Assembly (NCBI RefSeq): GCF_020745735.1
Contig: NC_083409.1
Location: 85,022,048 to 85,086,047, forward strand
Origin: Hemiscyllium ocellatum
Taxonomy: Eukaryota
DNA: 64,000 nt
Direction of reading: 5' to 3'
In this document: piece by piece, positions 26,757 through 37,820 of the stretch
Position numbering within the stretch: position 1 is the stretch's first letter
How the letters are laid out: every line of letters begins with the position of its first letter
Notes under the pieces: model-generated
Databases searched by the model: none
What the model was told of the DNA's origin: nothing
Seen by the model: the letters and a program-made list of their open reading frames with translations, nothing else
Program-made: the position numbers and the translations under genes

Positions 26757-28681
26757 AAAGAAACATCAGACTATCTCATTGATAGGATGGCATCCAAAAC
26801 ATTAAAATTCAAATTTGATTGGATTTTGATATCTTGGGGGATAATTTAAATTGATTGGCCAAGTTGTATAACATGGCAATGCAGCTCCAGCTATTTGTTT
26901 CACAAGCAAATGTGAATTTTTAATTTTTATCTTTTTCAGCACTCTGTGCCTCTCTAGGTTCATGCCACCTTCAATTCTCTGTTAAAGGTACAGTACACAC
27001 CTATACCTTCATAACATCTGGATAAATTCAGAAGTTTGGCAGCTTCTGTGGAGAGAGAAACAGTTAACATTCATAACTTTATTTGCAGAAGTAAGTTCTC
27101 AAGAAGAGTTGTATCAGACTCAAAACATTGACTCAGTTTCTCTTTTAAAAGGTGTGCTGAGTTTCTCCAGCATTTTCTGTTTTTATTTCAGATTTCTGGC
27201 ATTCACAGTAGGTTGCTTTTATCTGGGCTGATTAGATTGGGTTTCTGATCAACACCAGCATCTTTTTTTTTAGATTAGATTACTTAGATTACTTACAGTG
27301 TGGAAACAGGCCCTTCAGCCCAACAAGTCCACACCAACCCGCCGAATCGCAACCCACCCATTCCCCTACATTTACCCCTTTACCTAACATTATTACATCT
27401 GTAAATTTAATTCTTGAAACAGATGATCTTGTGCTAGGAGGACTAGTTTTCATTATATATTTTAGAGTATATGGGCAGAGAAAGAACTTTTTGAACTTTC
27501 ATTTTCAACTCCCTATGTTTGCAAGTACAAATGTAGACAGTTAAAAGTAGAAAGACGTTGACTATCTGTTAAAAACAGGCACAACAATATGTTTGGATGA
27601 TATTGTTAGACATTGTGGAATTGCATTGACACCAAATTAAGACTGCCTGGGTAAAGAAATAACATTTCATTCTCAATATTTTACTCAGAGCAAATCCCTG
27701 CAAGCATCTGAACTCCCATCATAACTTGTTCACCCATTACATCTGTGCTCAATAACATACTTTGACTTTAAGCCTCAGCAAAACTTTCTTATTCCTGTTT
27801 TCAAATCTGTCCATGGCCTCACCCTTCCTTATCACTGGAAACTCCTGCAGCCCCACAAGCTTGTGAGACCATTGGACGTCTTCAAATTTGAACCCATATA
27901 TCTTCAAATTTATCTGTTCCATCTTTGGAGACCATGCCTTCATAACCTCGGTACTAGTATTTGAAGATCCCCTCTAATCCTTCCTCCTCTCTACATCTCT
28001 CTCCTCCTGCTCATAACGTACTTCTTTGACATGAGCCCTTCCATCTAGCTACTGAACTAATATCTCCTTTTGTCTTTCAATGCCAAATTTATGTGATAAC
28101 TCTGCATTAATGTGCTTGAGGCTGTTTTACTACGTTATAGGTTCTAATATGGAAGTCTTATGGCCCAGTTCATAGCGTCCCTGCCTTTAAGCCAAAAGCT
28201 CCATGTTCAAATCCCACTCTAGGACTTAGTCACCAAGGATGGTGTGTACAAAATGTGGCCAAAGTATCAATCTGTAAATCTGTCCAAGATTCACTAATGG
28301 GAGGGATTCATGGTCAGCCATGTAACAGAAAAGAAATTGGAACCTCTACCATCACTACTCATAAAACATTAGGTTCCCACATCAACTCAGACTCTCCAGA
28401 TGAAAGATGGCTGAACAGCTTGTGTGGATAAGATGGTGCCAACCACATAGGGTTTGGACTCTGTTCTAGTTGGGATAGATTTGTGAACTACCTGCTTGAC
28501 ATACCCATGGCAGAGGATGTCGTGCTGTGGATCAGTTCTGTCTATGGGCAGAGAACCAAAGAAACTGGAAGATACTGTTGAAATGAACGTTGCCACTGTT
28601 GATTTACAAAAGGATAGGTAGGTCTTTGTCATGTTTTCAACATCTGCCAAATTAGTAACTGAAGTGCAGCAGTAGTTTTTT

Positions 28682-28972
28682 TTAGATTAGACTTACAGTG
28701 TGGAAACAGGCCCTTCAGCCCAGCAAGTCCACACCGACCCACAACCCACCCATACCCCTACATTTACCCTTACCTAACACTACGGGCAATTTAGCATGGC
28801 CAATTCACCTGACCCACACATCTTTGGACTGTGGGAGGAAACCGGAGCACCCGGAGGAAACCCACGCAGACACAGGGAGAATGTGCAAACTCCACACAGT
28901 CAGTCGCCTAAGTCGGGAATTGAACCCAGATCTCAGGCGCTGTGAGGTAGCGGTACTAACCACCGTGCCACC
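28682..28972 (-). mobile_element. HE1/V-SINE-type SINE
   Basis: Reverse complement of the 26464 family. Confidence 0.85.
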
Positions 28973-29691
28973 CACTAGTTGTTTCTCCATTTGGGAGTAT
29001 AAGGAGAATGGGGTGAGAGACATAATTGTACATAAGATATGAAAGTTATGCTTTTTCTATTATGACTTATAGCTTACTCTTGAGGTTACATAGTCCACAA
29101 GAATGAAATTCCTTGGTAAGCCAACATAGATCTGCATTAAAGCAGTGGTGATTCCAGTCTGGTCTTTCCCATCCATGCAGTATATCAAACAGGAACATTT
29201 TTTGATTCGCTCCACAACTTCAAGACTGTGAAAATAAAATTAAAATGATACCTCACTGACAAGGACTTGTGCTGATTTCATTCTGTTTTAAGGCACTAGA
29301 CAATAACAGCTGATCTCTTTTACCTATATTGTGGTTATCAGTTTCAGTAGAGACTGGATCATTAAATGAGGTAGAAGGTTCTGTAGATGAAGCAGGAATT
29401 GAAAATAATTAATGTGGAGAATAACTATTGGTGTGGTGCAATTATATGCCCATATTTCATTGGAATTTAAGAGTTGGGAACTCAGGGTAAGTAGGGAACT
29501 TCTGATGTGCCTGCAATGAATGTCTCTTAATGTCTTATAGCACTTTTGAAGAATATCAGGCACTGGAAAAACAAATAGAAATAGTTCCTTTGGGTCTTCT
29601 ACTGCATGGACTTGGCAAGAGATCCTGGGTTCAAATCACAGACAAACCCGCATTACTTGGCTTGTGCAAAAATGCCTGATTCTTTCTGTGA

Positions 29692-29769
29692 GCTCAGGTA
29701 GCTTAGTTAGGAGAGCACCAGATTTTTTTTTTAATCTGAGGGTGCAGGGTTCAAGTCCCTGCTTGGGTG
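29692..29769 (+). pseudogene. tRNA-Lys(TTT) pseudogene or tRNA-derived relic
   Basis: Colinear with vertebrate tRNA-Lys(UUU) (TAGCT.AGT..G.AGAGCA.CAGA..TTTTAATCTGAGGGT.CAGGGTTCAAGTCCCTG); anticodon loop expanded to a long T run and many substitutions. Confidence 0.8.
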
Positions 29770-29872
29770 GTTGTTTTTAAATTGCACTGCCCTGGAAGAG
29801 AGAACGCACAGTGCTAGCAAATCAAACTCAATGTCCCTCACATTTTCCAATAACAATAGTGGATTCTGGGTA

Positions 29873-31043
29873 ATCCAAGATGGAGAACAGGAAAAATTTC
29901 TGGCTGTGACAGTTGCTCCTTTTTTGAGGTATTTTAGGTGTTGGAGGTGATTTCCAGGAGCAGCAATTACTGTTTCAAATGCTGTTGCATTGTTTTGGAA
30001 ATTTGGGAAAAAAAGTCAAAACAACAGCAGTTTTAAAGGGAGAAGAACAGACAAAGGAAGCACATGGTGAGGTCATTGCAGGAGAGAGAGAGAGAGAGAA
30101 CCTGCACAGTTACTGCCTTTGCTGTTTGAATTCATGTATCGTTGGATATCGGAGTGCATTTGGGAAAATTAACAAACAGTGAAATTCACAACTGATCTTG
30201 GAGGAACTGTTGGGTGAAGTTCACAACACAGAAGTTAATCGTTGTTTTAAGCGTGACCTACAGAGAATCTGCAGTAGTGAGTAGAGTGGGTTTTTTCGTG
30301 ATTATGTTTTTGGAGATATGTCTCTTGATTAAACTTAAAATATAAGCCATAATTATCAATTTAACCTGGAACAGTGTTTTGTAGAGGAATAAGATGATGA
30401 TAATTTCTGGGTCCGTAGATTGTGAAGGAGCAAAAATGGCCTTTAGTACAGTGATATGCACTTCTTGTCAGATGTGGGAGTTTAGAGAGTTTAAGGGTTA
30501 CTGTGGATTATATCTGCAATAAATGCTGCGAATCTTATCAGATTGAATGGATCGGTTGGACAGACAGTTAGAAGCCATGAGGAATTTGCAACAGCAACAG
30601 TATGTGATGGATGGCAGTAATAGAAAGTGGGGGGAAGTCTCAGATACAGTCACATAGATGGGTTAACTCCAGGACAGGTAAGCAAGGTAGGCAGCTAGTG
30701 CAGGAGTCTTTTGTGGATATACCCATTTCAAACAGGTATGCTGTTTTGGAAAATGTAGGGGGTGATGGATTCTCAGGGGAACATAGCACGAACAGCTAAG
30801 TTTCTGGTATTGAGACTGGCTCTAATGCATCGAGGGGTACGTCGGGTTCCAAGAGATCAATTGTGTTGGGGGATTCTGTAGTCCAAGGTACATACAGACG
30901 TTTCTGTGGCCAGCAGCAAAAAAGCGGAATGGTGTGTTGCTTCCCTGGTGCCAGGATCAAGGATGTCTCAGAGAGGGTGCAGAATGTTCTCACGGGGGAG
31001 AGGCGCAAGCAAGAGGTCATTGTCCACACTGGAACAAATGACA
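29873..31043 (+). mobile_element. CR1 LINE 5' part (ORF1 zinc finger plus SGNH esterase), decayed
   Basis: CTSCQMWE..CNKC; NRYAVLE; IVLGDSVV...VCCFPGARIKDV...VIVHTGTNDI, the SGNH/GDSL blocks of CR1 ORF1; 5' boundary uncertain. Confidence 0.75.
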
Positions 31044-31099
31044 TAGAGTCATAGAGTCATAGAGATGTACAGCATGGAAACAGACCCTTCAGTCCAACC

Positions 31100-31547
31100 T
31101 AAGCTAAATGGGGATGGGGAAGGTAGGTAGGATAGTGATAGATGTGTGTAGGTTGGAGATAATAGTGATAGATCAGTGGGGAGAGTGCAATGGATAAGTG
31201 GGAAGGAAGATGGACAGGTAGGTTGGTCAAGAAGGTGGTGCTGAGTTGGGAGGTGGGGGGAAGAGAAATTTGGAAACTGATGAAGTCAGTGTTGATGCAG
31301 TATAGGTGTGGGGTCTTGAGGTGGAAGATGAGGCATTCTTCCTCCATTTGGAGGGTGGCTTTGATTTGGCAATGGAAGAGGCCTAAGATTTGCATATCCT
31401 TGGGGGGGTTTGAAGGGAGTTGAAGTAATTGTCCACAGGGCGTTGGAGTTGTTTGGTGCATGTGGATCAGAGATGTTCCCTGAACTGCTCCTCAAATTGG
31501 GATCCTGTCTCCCCGATGTGGAGGAGACCACATTGAGAGCAACAGAT
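31100..31547 (-). mobile_element. Penelope-like element 3' fragment (resumes at about 33751-33782)
   Basis: Homologous to 19560-19960; minus strand reads ...QMEEECLIFHLKT... PLE C-terminus. Confidence 0.7.
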
Positions 31548-33750
31548 TGTGATGTTGCTGCCTGTTTAACAAGGTTATGTTGTCCTTGGTGTGTTGCTAG
31601 GAAAGCACAACAGGTCAGGTAGTGTCCGAGGAGCAAGAGAATCTTCAGTAGATTCACCAGAGGTGATGAGGTTGTGGATGGTCTGGGAAACGATGGACTT
31701 TGGGGATCTCCCACACAAAGCCTCCAACCTCTTCACCCATGAACTCTGTACTGCCTGATTCTACATCCTACCGAAGATTCACAAACCTGACTGCCCCGGC
31801 AACCCACTGTGTCAGCCTTCACCTGTCCCACTGAACTCATCTCTTCCTACCTTAACACCGTCCTGTCCCCGTAGTCCAGGAACACCCCACATATGTTTGT
31901 GACACCATCCATACCCTCACCTCCTCCAAGATTTTCGTTTCCCCAGCCCCCAACACCTCATCTTCACCATGGACATCCATGAACATTGATCTGCCATGAC
32001 GAAGGGCTCCAAGCCCTCTGTTTCTTCCTCTCAAGCTGTCCCAACCAGTATCCTTCCACCAATACCCTCATCCATCTGGCTGAACTGGTCCTCACCCTCA
32101 ACAAATTCTCCTTCCAATCCTCCCACTTTCTCCAAACCAAAGGTGTAGCCATGGGCACCCACATGGGACCCAGCTATGCTTGCCTGTTTATTGGATATGT
32201 GAACACTCCATCTTCCCCAGTTACATCAGCATAACCCCCCCCCCAACCTCTTCCTCCACTACATCAATGACTATCTACACCACCTAGTGCTCCAACTAGG
32301 AGGTTGAACAGTTCATCAACTTTACCAACACCTTCCACCCTGACCTCAAATTCACCTGGACCATCTCAGACACCTCCCTCCCCTTCCTGGATCTCTCCAT
32401 GAACATCTCTGGCGATCGACTAACCACAGACATCTACTGCAATCCCACCAACACTGTTATTGTTGAGTTGGGAGGGGTGGGGTTCAAAGGTGGTGGTGTG
32501 TGAAGTGGAGGAGATGTGCTGGAGGGCATCGTCAACCACGTGGGAAAGGAAGCCGCAATCATGGAAGGAAGAGGTCATCTGGGACTTTCTGAGATAGAAT
32601 TGGTCATCCTGGGAAAAGATGTGGCAGAGGCGGAGGAATTGGGAATAAGGGATAGTGTTTTTACAGGAGGTAGGGTGGGAAGAGGTGTAGTCTACGTAGC
32701 TGTGGGAGTTGGTGGGTTTGTAGTAGATGTCTGTGGCCTTGGGCTCCTCCACCAACCATTAACACCCAACGCCTGGAGGAAGAACACCTCATATTCCACC
32801 TTGGGACCCTGCAACACACAGGATAAATGTGGATTTCAACAGCTTCCTCACTTCCCCTCCGCCACATTATCCCAATCCCAAGCCTCCAACTCGGCACCGG
32901 CCTCCGGACCTGTCTATCACTACCCCTTCTGACCTACCAGTTTCTCCCTCACCTTTTGCTTTCTCAGCTATCCTTCCCCCCAACCCCACCCCCTACCATT
33001 TATCTCTCAGCCCCGGCCCACAAACCTCATTCCTAATGAAAAGCTTATGCCCGAAACGTTGATTCTCCTGCTCCTCGGATGCTGCCTGACCTGCTGTGCT
33101 TTCCCAGCACCACATTCTTGACTCTGATCTCCAGGATCTGCAGTCCTCACTTTCTCCTATGTCATCCTTGTTTTTTTTCAAGAGGAGTGGTAAAGGCAGA
33201 GGTTCCTATATGTCTTGAAATACCTACTTGAAAAGGCTTTTAATTTTTTAATAAAGAACACTTGTACAATGAAAGGGGAGTGGCCAGTTCTCTCGGTTCA
33301 GGATTTTTCTTTCTGGTTTGGCTTTAGCAAGCCTTCTGCTTGAAGCTGCTGCTCAAAGAAAGCTGCTCTGGGGGGAAGGTTCCTGGATTCAGCAGAGGTT
33401 TTCTGGCACACTCTGTCTGTGACATTTCTCCTGCAAGAACCTGTGTTTGATTTTACCTTTTTTTTGCCAAGGGTGTGTTTATTGGGATATTGCAGGTACT
33501 TGAAACAGCATCATTACTTTGAGACAGTCGAATGGGTTTTCAGATAGGTTGTTATTCTATATTGTGTTCTCTTTTGTTTGTGTTTCATTCAGTAGTCTAA
33601 ATAAATTCTGTTTTGTTTAAAACTGAGTGGTTTGGCCAGCTGCATCACTCCTGGAATATCCACTTTACACCTGCTTAAAACAACTAGAAAAGTTAGGGTC
33701 TGCGTTACTCTCATGAAATGTTTTGAGAGGGTCTGGTGTGGTCCATAACA
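31548..33750 (+). mobile_element. Probable solo LTR interrupted by a PLE
   Basis: TGTGAT...ATAACA termini; AATAAA near 33600; continuity across the PLE TSD tatgttgtccttg (31576-31588) / tatgtcatccttg (33158-33170). Confidence 0.55.
31589..33157 (+). mobile_element. Rearranged Penelope-like retroelement (RT fragments)
   Basis: YILPKIHKPDCPG, QTKGVAMGTHMGPSYACLF and TDIYYKPTNSHSYVDYTSSHP...IPYSQFLR are PLE RT motifs; 3' end with decayed hammerhead; 13-bp TSD. Confidence 0.85.
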
Positions 33751-34279
33751 AACTGCAGTAGATGAGGTGGGTGGATGTGCATTCAGAACATTACCAATTG
33801 AAATCCTCACTGCAAATCTTTAGCAGAATGAAAAAGCATGGAGAGTAATATTTATGGTAGCACCATGACTGTTCATAATGCCCTTTGCCTGTAACCTGTC
33901 AGATTCTTGGCCATCTATTGAATGCCACCTCCTTAAAGTTTTTGGATGCTTTATTTTGATGGATATACAACTCTGGTTTATTTTAATGATACTTGTTCCG
34001 CGCTCCTCCCTGTGTCAAGTCCAGTTCTGATGAAAGGTCGTAGACGTGAAACATTAATTCTCTTCCTCTCTCCACAGATGCTGAGTAGTTTCAGCATTTC
34101 TTTTTGTTTTAAGACTGTACCAGTGAGGGAGAAAGGTGCCTGCAGAAAATTTAAACAGCTGTTTTGAAACGAATGATTCATCCCGGGACCTGGTTTGGGA
34201 AGGAAGGTGATGCCTTTCCAATAAGATCGTCGGAAACTCCTTTGAAGCAAAGAGCTGTCTGTAAACTGTAAAAGTTGCT

Positions 34280-34400
34280 AAACTTTGGCAGCAGCGGAAG
34301 CGCAGCCGGAGCTGGTACCGAGATTCGCGATTTGGTGCGTTCTGGACTGAGTCCCGACCCGTACCAGCAACTGACACATGCGCATTAGAGAGAATGCAAG
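34280..34400 (+). promoter_or_regulatory. PARS2: Probable PARS2 promoter and non-coding exon 1
   Basis: Local CpG cluster with ETS-like GCGGAAG/CCGGA motifs; candidate donor GTCAGG at 34401; matching acceptor ttttcctttctAG at 36382-36383 just before the CDS. Confidence 0.55.
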
Positions 34401-34409
34401 GTCAGGTGG

Positions 34410-34855
34410 ACCGAGTGAGGAAGAGAAAGTAAGTCAAGAGAGAGCGAGAAGGAGTGAGGGACGGGTGGGAAGGAGTGAGTGTGGGAGAGGAAAGGAGAGT
34501 GCGTGAATGAGACAGACAAGGGGTGAATGAGTGAGGGACGGATGGGAAGGAGTGAGTGATTGGGAGCCAGAGGGTAAGGAAGGAAGGAAGGGAAAGAGAG
34601 AGAGAGAGAGAGGATGGGGTTGTGGGAGGGAGTGACAGACAGAGAGCGGGACAGTGAGAGAATGAATGAATGAATGAATGAGTGTGAGAGAGGCCAGAGG
34701 TTAAAGGGAAGGAGTAAATTAATGAATGAGGGGAAGGGAGTGCGAATGAATGAGTGAGGGGGTGACTGAATTAATGAATGATACTGAGACAGAGATGAAT
34801 GAGTGAGAGAATGACAATGAGTGATGGGTATGGAATGAAGGAGGTGAGTGACTGC
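34410..34855 (+). repeat. Purine-rich low-complexity tract ((GAAT/GAGT/GA)n)
   Basis: Directly visible; C-poor strand. Confidence 0.85.
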
Positions 34856-34931
34856 TGTATAAACTTCTAAAGAAAACACCTTGTATTGCCTTACAAATAA
34901 GGACACAAACTAGACACTACTCCAGATGTAG

Positions 34932-35073
34932 ATTAGAGTGGTGCTGGAAAAGCACAGCAGGTCAGGCAGCATCCAAGTCCTGCTCCTCAGATGCTGTCTG
35001 ACCTGCTGTGCTTTTCCAGCACCACTCTAATCTAGACTCTGGTTTCCAGCATCTGCAGTCCTTGTTTTTATCA
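34932..35073. mobile_element. Short palindromic PLE-end derivative
   Basis: Inverted arms ...gtggtgctggaaaagcacagcaggtcag / ctgacctgctgtgcttttccagcaccac...; TSD actactccagatgtag (34916-34931) / actgctccaaatgtag (35074-35089). Confidence 0.7.
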
Positions 35074-36407
35074 ACTGCTCCAAATGTAGTCTCATTGAGA
35101 CTCTGTACAGCTGTAAAAAAAAACCTACTTCTATATTCCATTCCTATTAGAATAAGCACCAACACTTCATTTGTTTCCTGAATTACTTTATGAAACTTTT
35201 TGTGATTCCTTCAATACCACTGAATTCTGTAATTTGTCTCCATTTAACTAGAATGCTACTTTTCCACTCTTCCTATCAATTTGGAAGTTTGCATTTCTCC
35301 ATATTGTATTCTCTCTAAAGTTTTGCCCACTCTCTTAACCTTTGTAGCTCCTTTAACAAATAACTATCAAGCTATTTTGTCAGCAAATTTAACTACCGTC
35401 GTCCCATCATCCAAGACATTAATATAGATTATAAATAGTTGAGAGCCAAGCAATGATTCCTGTGGCACTCCACTAACCCTGGTCTGCCAGTCTGAAAAAG
35501 ATTAATTTGTCCTATTTTGTTTCCTGTCAGACAACCATTCCTTTATCCTTGCTAACATCATAACCATTTGCTTTGTGTCACCACATTTGATGTGACACTT
35601 TCACAAAAGTCTCTTGGAAATCTAAGCACACAATGTTTACAGGGTCATCTATATCTGTTGTGCTTGTTACTTCTTCAAAAAACTCTAATAGAATAGTTAA
35701 ACGTGATTTATTTTTCACAGAACCATGTTGACTCTGCCAGATTCCGTTATGATTTTCAAGTCCCCTTCTACAACCATAATCTTGGATTCCAGCAAGTAAA
35801 CTACTTGCAACATTGACTTTATCCTATACGTTCCTGCACTTTGTTTCTGTTCTTTCTTAAGTAAAGCTATTCTATTTGCTATTTCCCAGTCTGCTGGTAT
35901 TGTTTCAGAACCAAAGAAGTTTGGAAGATAATCATTTTTGCTACTAGCTTAGCAGCCACTTTTAAGAACCAGGATTGTAGGTGATGAAAATGGTAACCTA
36001 ACATGCAATCCAGCTTAATATGTGACAATCAATCCTGGTGGATGTAACTATGCGTAGTTAACTGTGTGTGAGTCCATGCTAAGTTATAATAGCCAAAATA
36101 TGCTGGATGTACAGTGAAATAGGCCAGTTTGTGTGATCTTTTCCTGCTTTGGTGACACCCTGAAGAATGCTTGATTGTTATTAGATGCTTAATTGTGATC
36201 TTGGAAAGCACAGGTGAATGTTTTGCATCCCTCATCTTAATAAACATTGCAAGTGAAATAACATGACAATGATGTACCTAGTTCACTTGCTGCTATGCAT
36301 TCAGCCTACAGTGTTTTCCTTTCTTAAATATTGTATGGGTTTTGAGAAAGAGGTGAACTTATACTCTTTGTTTTCCTTTCTAGAACTAATTATTTCTTGG
36401 ATGCGTA

Positions 36408-37820
36408 ATGGAGGTGGCAATCTATTCAAATTCAAGACAATTGTTCAACAGACTGTTCTGTAACATCTTACATTTACACAGGTCCTGTTATCACCATGGT
36501 AGGTCCAAGCGTATATTGCTGTCTCGTCTCTTCCAGCCAATGAATCTCCGCGAGGATAGAATTATTGGGGCTGGCCGGTCCACTGACATTACCTGCAAGA
36601 GCCAGAGACTGATGCTTCAGGCAGGTCTTATTCAGCCAGCCAGTACAGGCTGCTTTCACTATCTGCCGTATACAGTTCGAGCCATGGAGAAACTTGTCCG
36701 TGTGATTGATAAAGAAATGCAATCCATTGGGGGTCAGAAGGTGAATATGCCTAGCCTCACCTCAGCAAGTCTGTGGAAGACCAGTGAACGTTGGGACCTT
36801 CTGGGGAAGGAACTCTTCAGATTGAAGGATAGGCATGACATGGAATACTGTTTAAGTCCAACACACGAGGAGGCAGTGACCGAGCTAATTGCCATGCAGG
36901 GTAATCTCTCATACAGACAGCTACCTTTGATGCTTTACCAAGTGACAAGAAAATTCCGAGATGAGCCAAAGCCACGTTTTGGTTTGCTCCGTGGACGAGA
37001 GTTCTACATGAAGGATATGTATACGTTTGATGTCTCGGAAGGAGCTGCCATGGAGACCTATAATCTTGTTTCCCAAGCTTACAGTTGTATCTTTGGCCAG
37101 CTGGGATTGCAGTTTGTAAAGGTGCGGGCGGACACCGGCAGCATTGGTGGGAAAATGTCTCACGAGTTCCAGCTGCCAGCTGATATTGGGGAGGATCGCC
37201 TTTTAATGTGTTCTGACTGCCATTTTGCGGCCAATGTCGAAGCAATGACGGACACTGAAACAAACTGCCCACAGTGTCATGGAAAGCTGAAAGAAAGCAA
37301 AGGCATTGAGGTGGGACACACTTTTTACCTTGGGACAAAGTATTCATATATTTTAGGTGCCTCATATTCCAACACTGAGAATAAGCCTGTTGTAACCGAA
37401 ATGGGTTGTTTTGGCCTTGGAGTCACACGAATACTAGCCGCTGCCATAGAGGTTTTGTCAACGGAAGATGAGATTCGCTGGCCAAGCCTCCTGGCCCCTT
37501 ATCAAGTTTGCATCATTCCACCTAAGAAAGGCAGTAAAGAAGAACTGAGCCTAGGTCTGTCTGAGACGTTGTATGATACTTTAATAGATGCTGTCCCCCA
37601 GCTTCATGGAGAGGTGATCTTGGATGACCGAAGCCACCTGACAATAGGCAAGAGATTGAAAGATGCCAGTCGTCTGGGTTACCCATATGTTGTAATTGCA
37701 GGGAAGCGAGTTTTGGAAAATCCACCAGTTTTTGAAGTCAGCTGTCAAAACAATGGAAAGACAGTATTTCTCACACAAGAAGGTGTTTTGGACTTACTGA
37801 GAAATGTGAAGATTGTTTAG
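36408..37820 (+). CDS. PARS2: Mitochondrial prolyl-tRNA synthetase (single coding exon)
   Basis: 470 aa ORF with class II ProRS motifs (LSPTHEE, FRDEPKPRFGLLRGREFYMKDMYTF, GIEVGHTFYLGTKYS, MGCFGLGVTR), C-terminal anticodon-binding domain and Arg-rich N-terminal targeting peptide. Confidence 0.97.
   Translation: MEVAIYSNSRQLFNRLFCNILHLHRSCYHHGRSKRILLSRLFQPMNLREDRIIGAGRSTDITCKSQRLMLQAGLIQPASTGCFHYLPYTVRAMEKLVRVIDKEMQSIGGQKVNMPSLTSASLWKTSERWDLLGKELFRLKDRHDMEYCLSPTHEEAVTELIAMQGNLSYRQLPLMLYQVTRKFRDEPKPRFGLLRGREFYMKDMYTFDVSEGAAMETYNLVSQAYSCIFGQLGLQFVKVRADTGSIGGKMSHEFQLPADIGEDRLLMCSDCHFAANVEAMTDTETNCPQCHGKLKESKGIEVGHTFYLGTKYSYILGASYSNTENKPVVTEMGCFGLGVTRILAAAIEVLSTEDEIRWPSLLAPYQVCIIPPKKGSKEELSLGLSETLYDTLIDAVPQLHGEVILDDRSHLTIGKRLKDASRLGYPYVVIAGKRVLENPPVFEVSCQNNGKTVFLTQEGVLDLLRNVKIV

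Noticed and set aside
26449-26766. Recurrent ORFs such as GNLAWPIHL..SLDCGRKPEH (also 28698, 59336, 21192)
   Set aside because: Translations of SINE copies, not genes.
23948-27135. Additional hammerhead-like traces at about 23951 and 27097
   Set aside because: Core nucleotides are mutated (GAAA or CUGA lost); only decayed PLE ends.
34385-34906. 173-aa Ser/His/Leu-rich ORF
   Set aside because: Translation of a low-complexity GA tract.
37205-37280. CxxC...CxxC motif in PARS2 in place of an editing domain
   Set aside because: As I recall, this is a conserved feature of vertebrate PARS2, so not novel.
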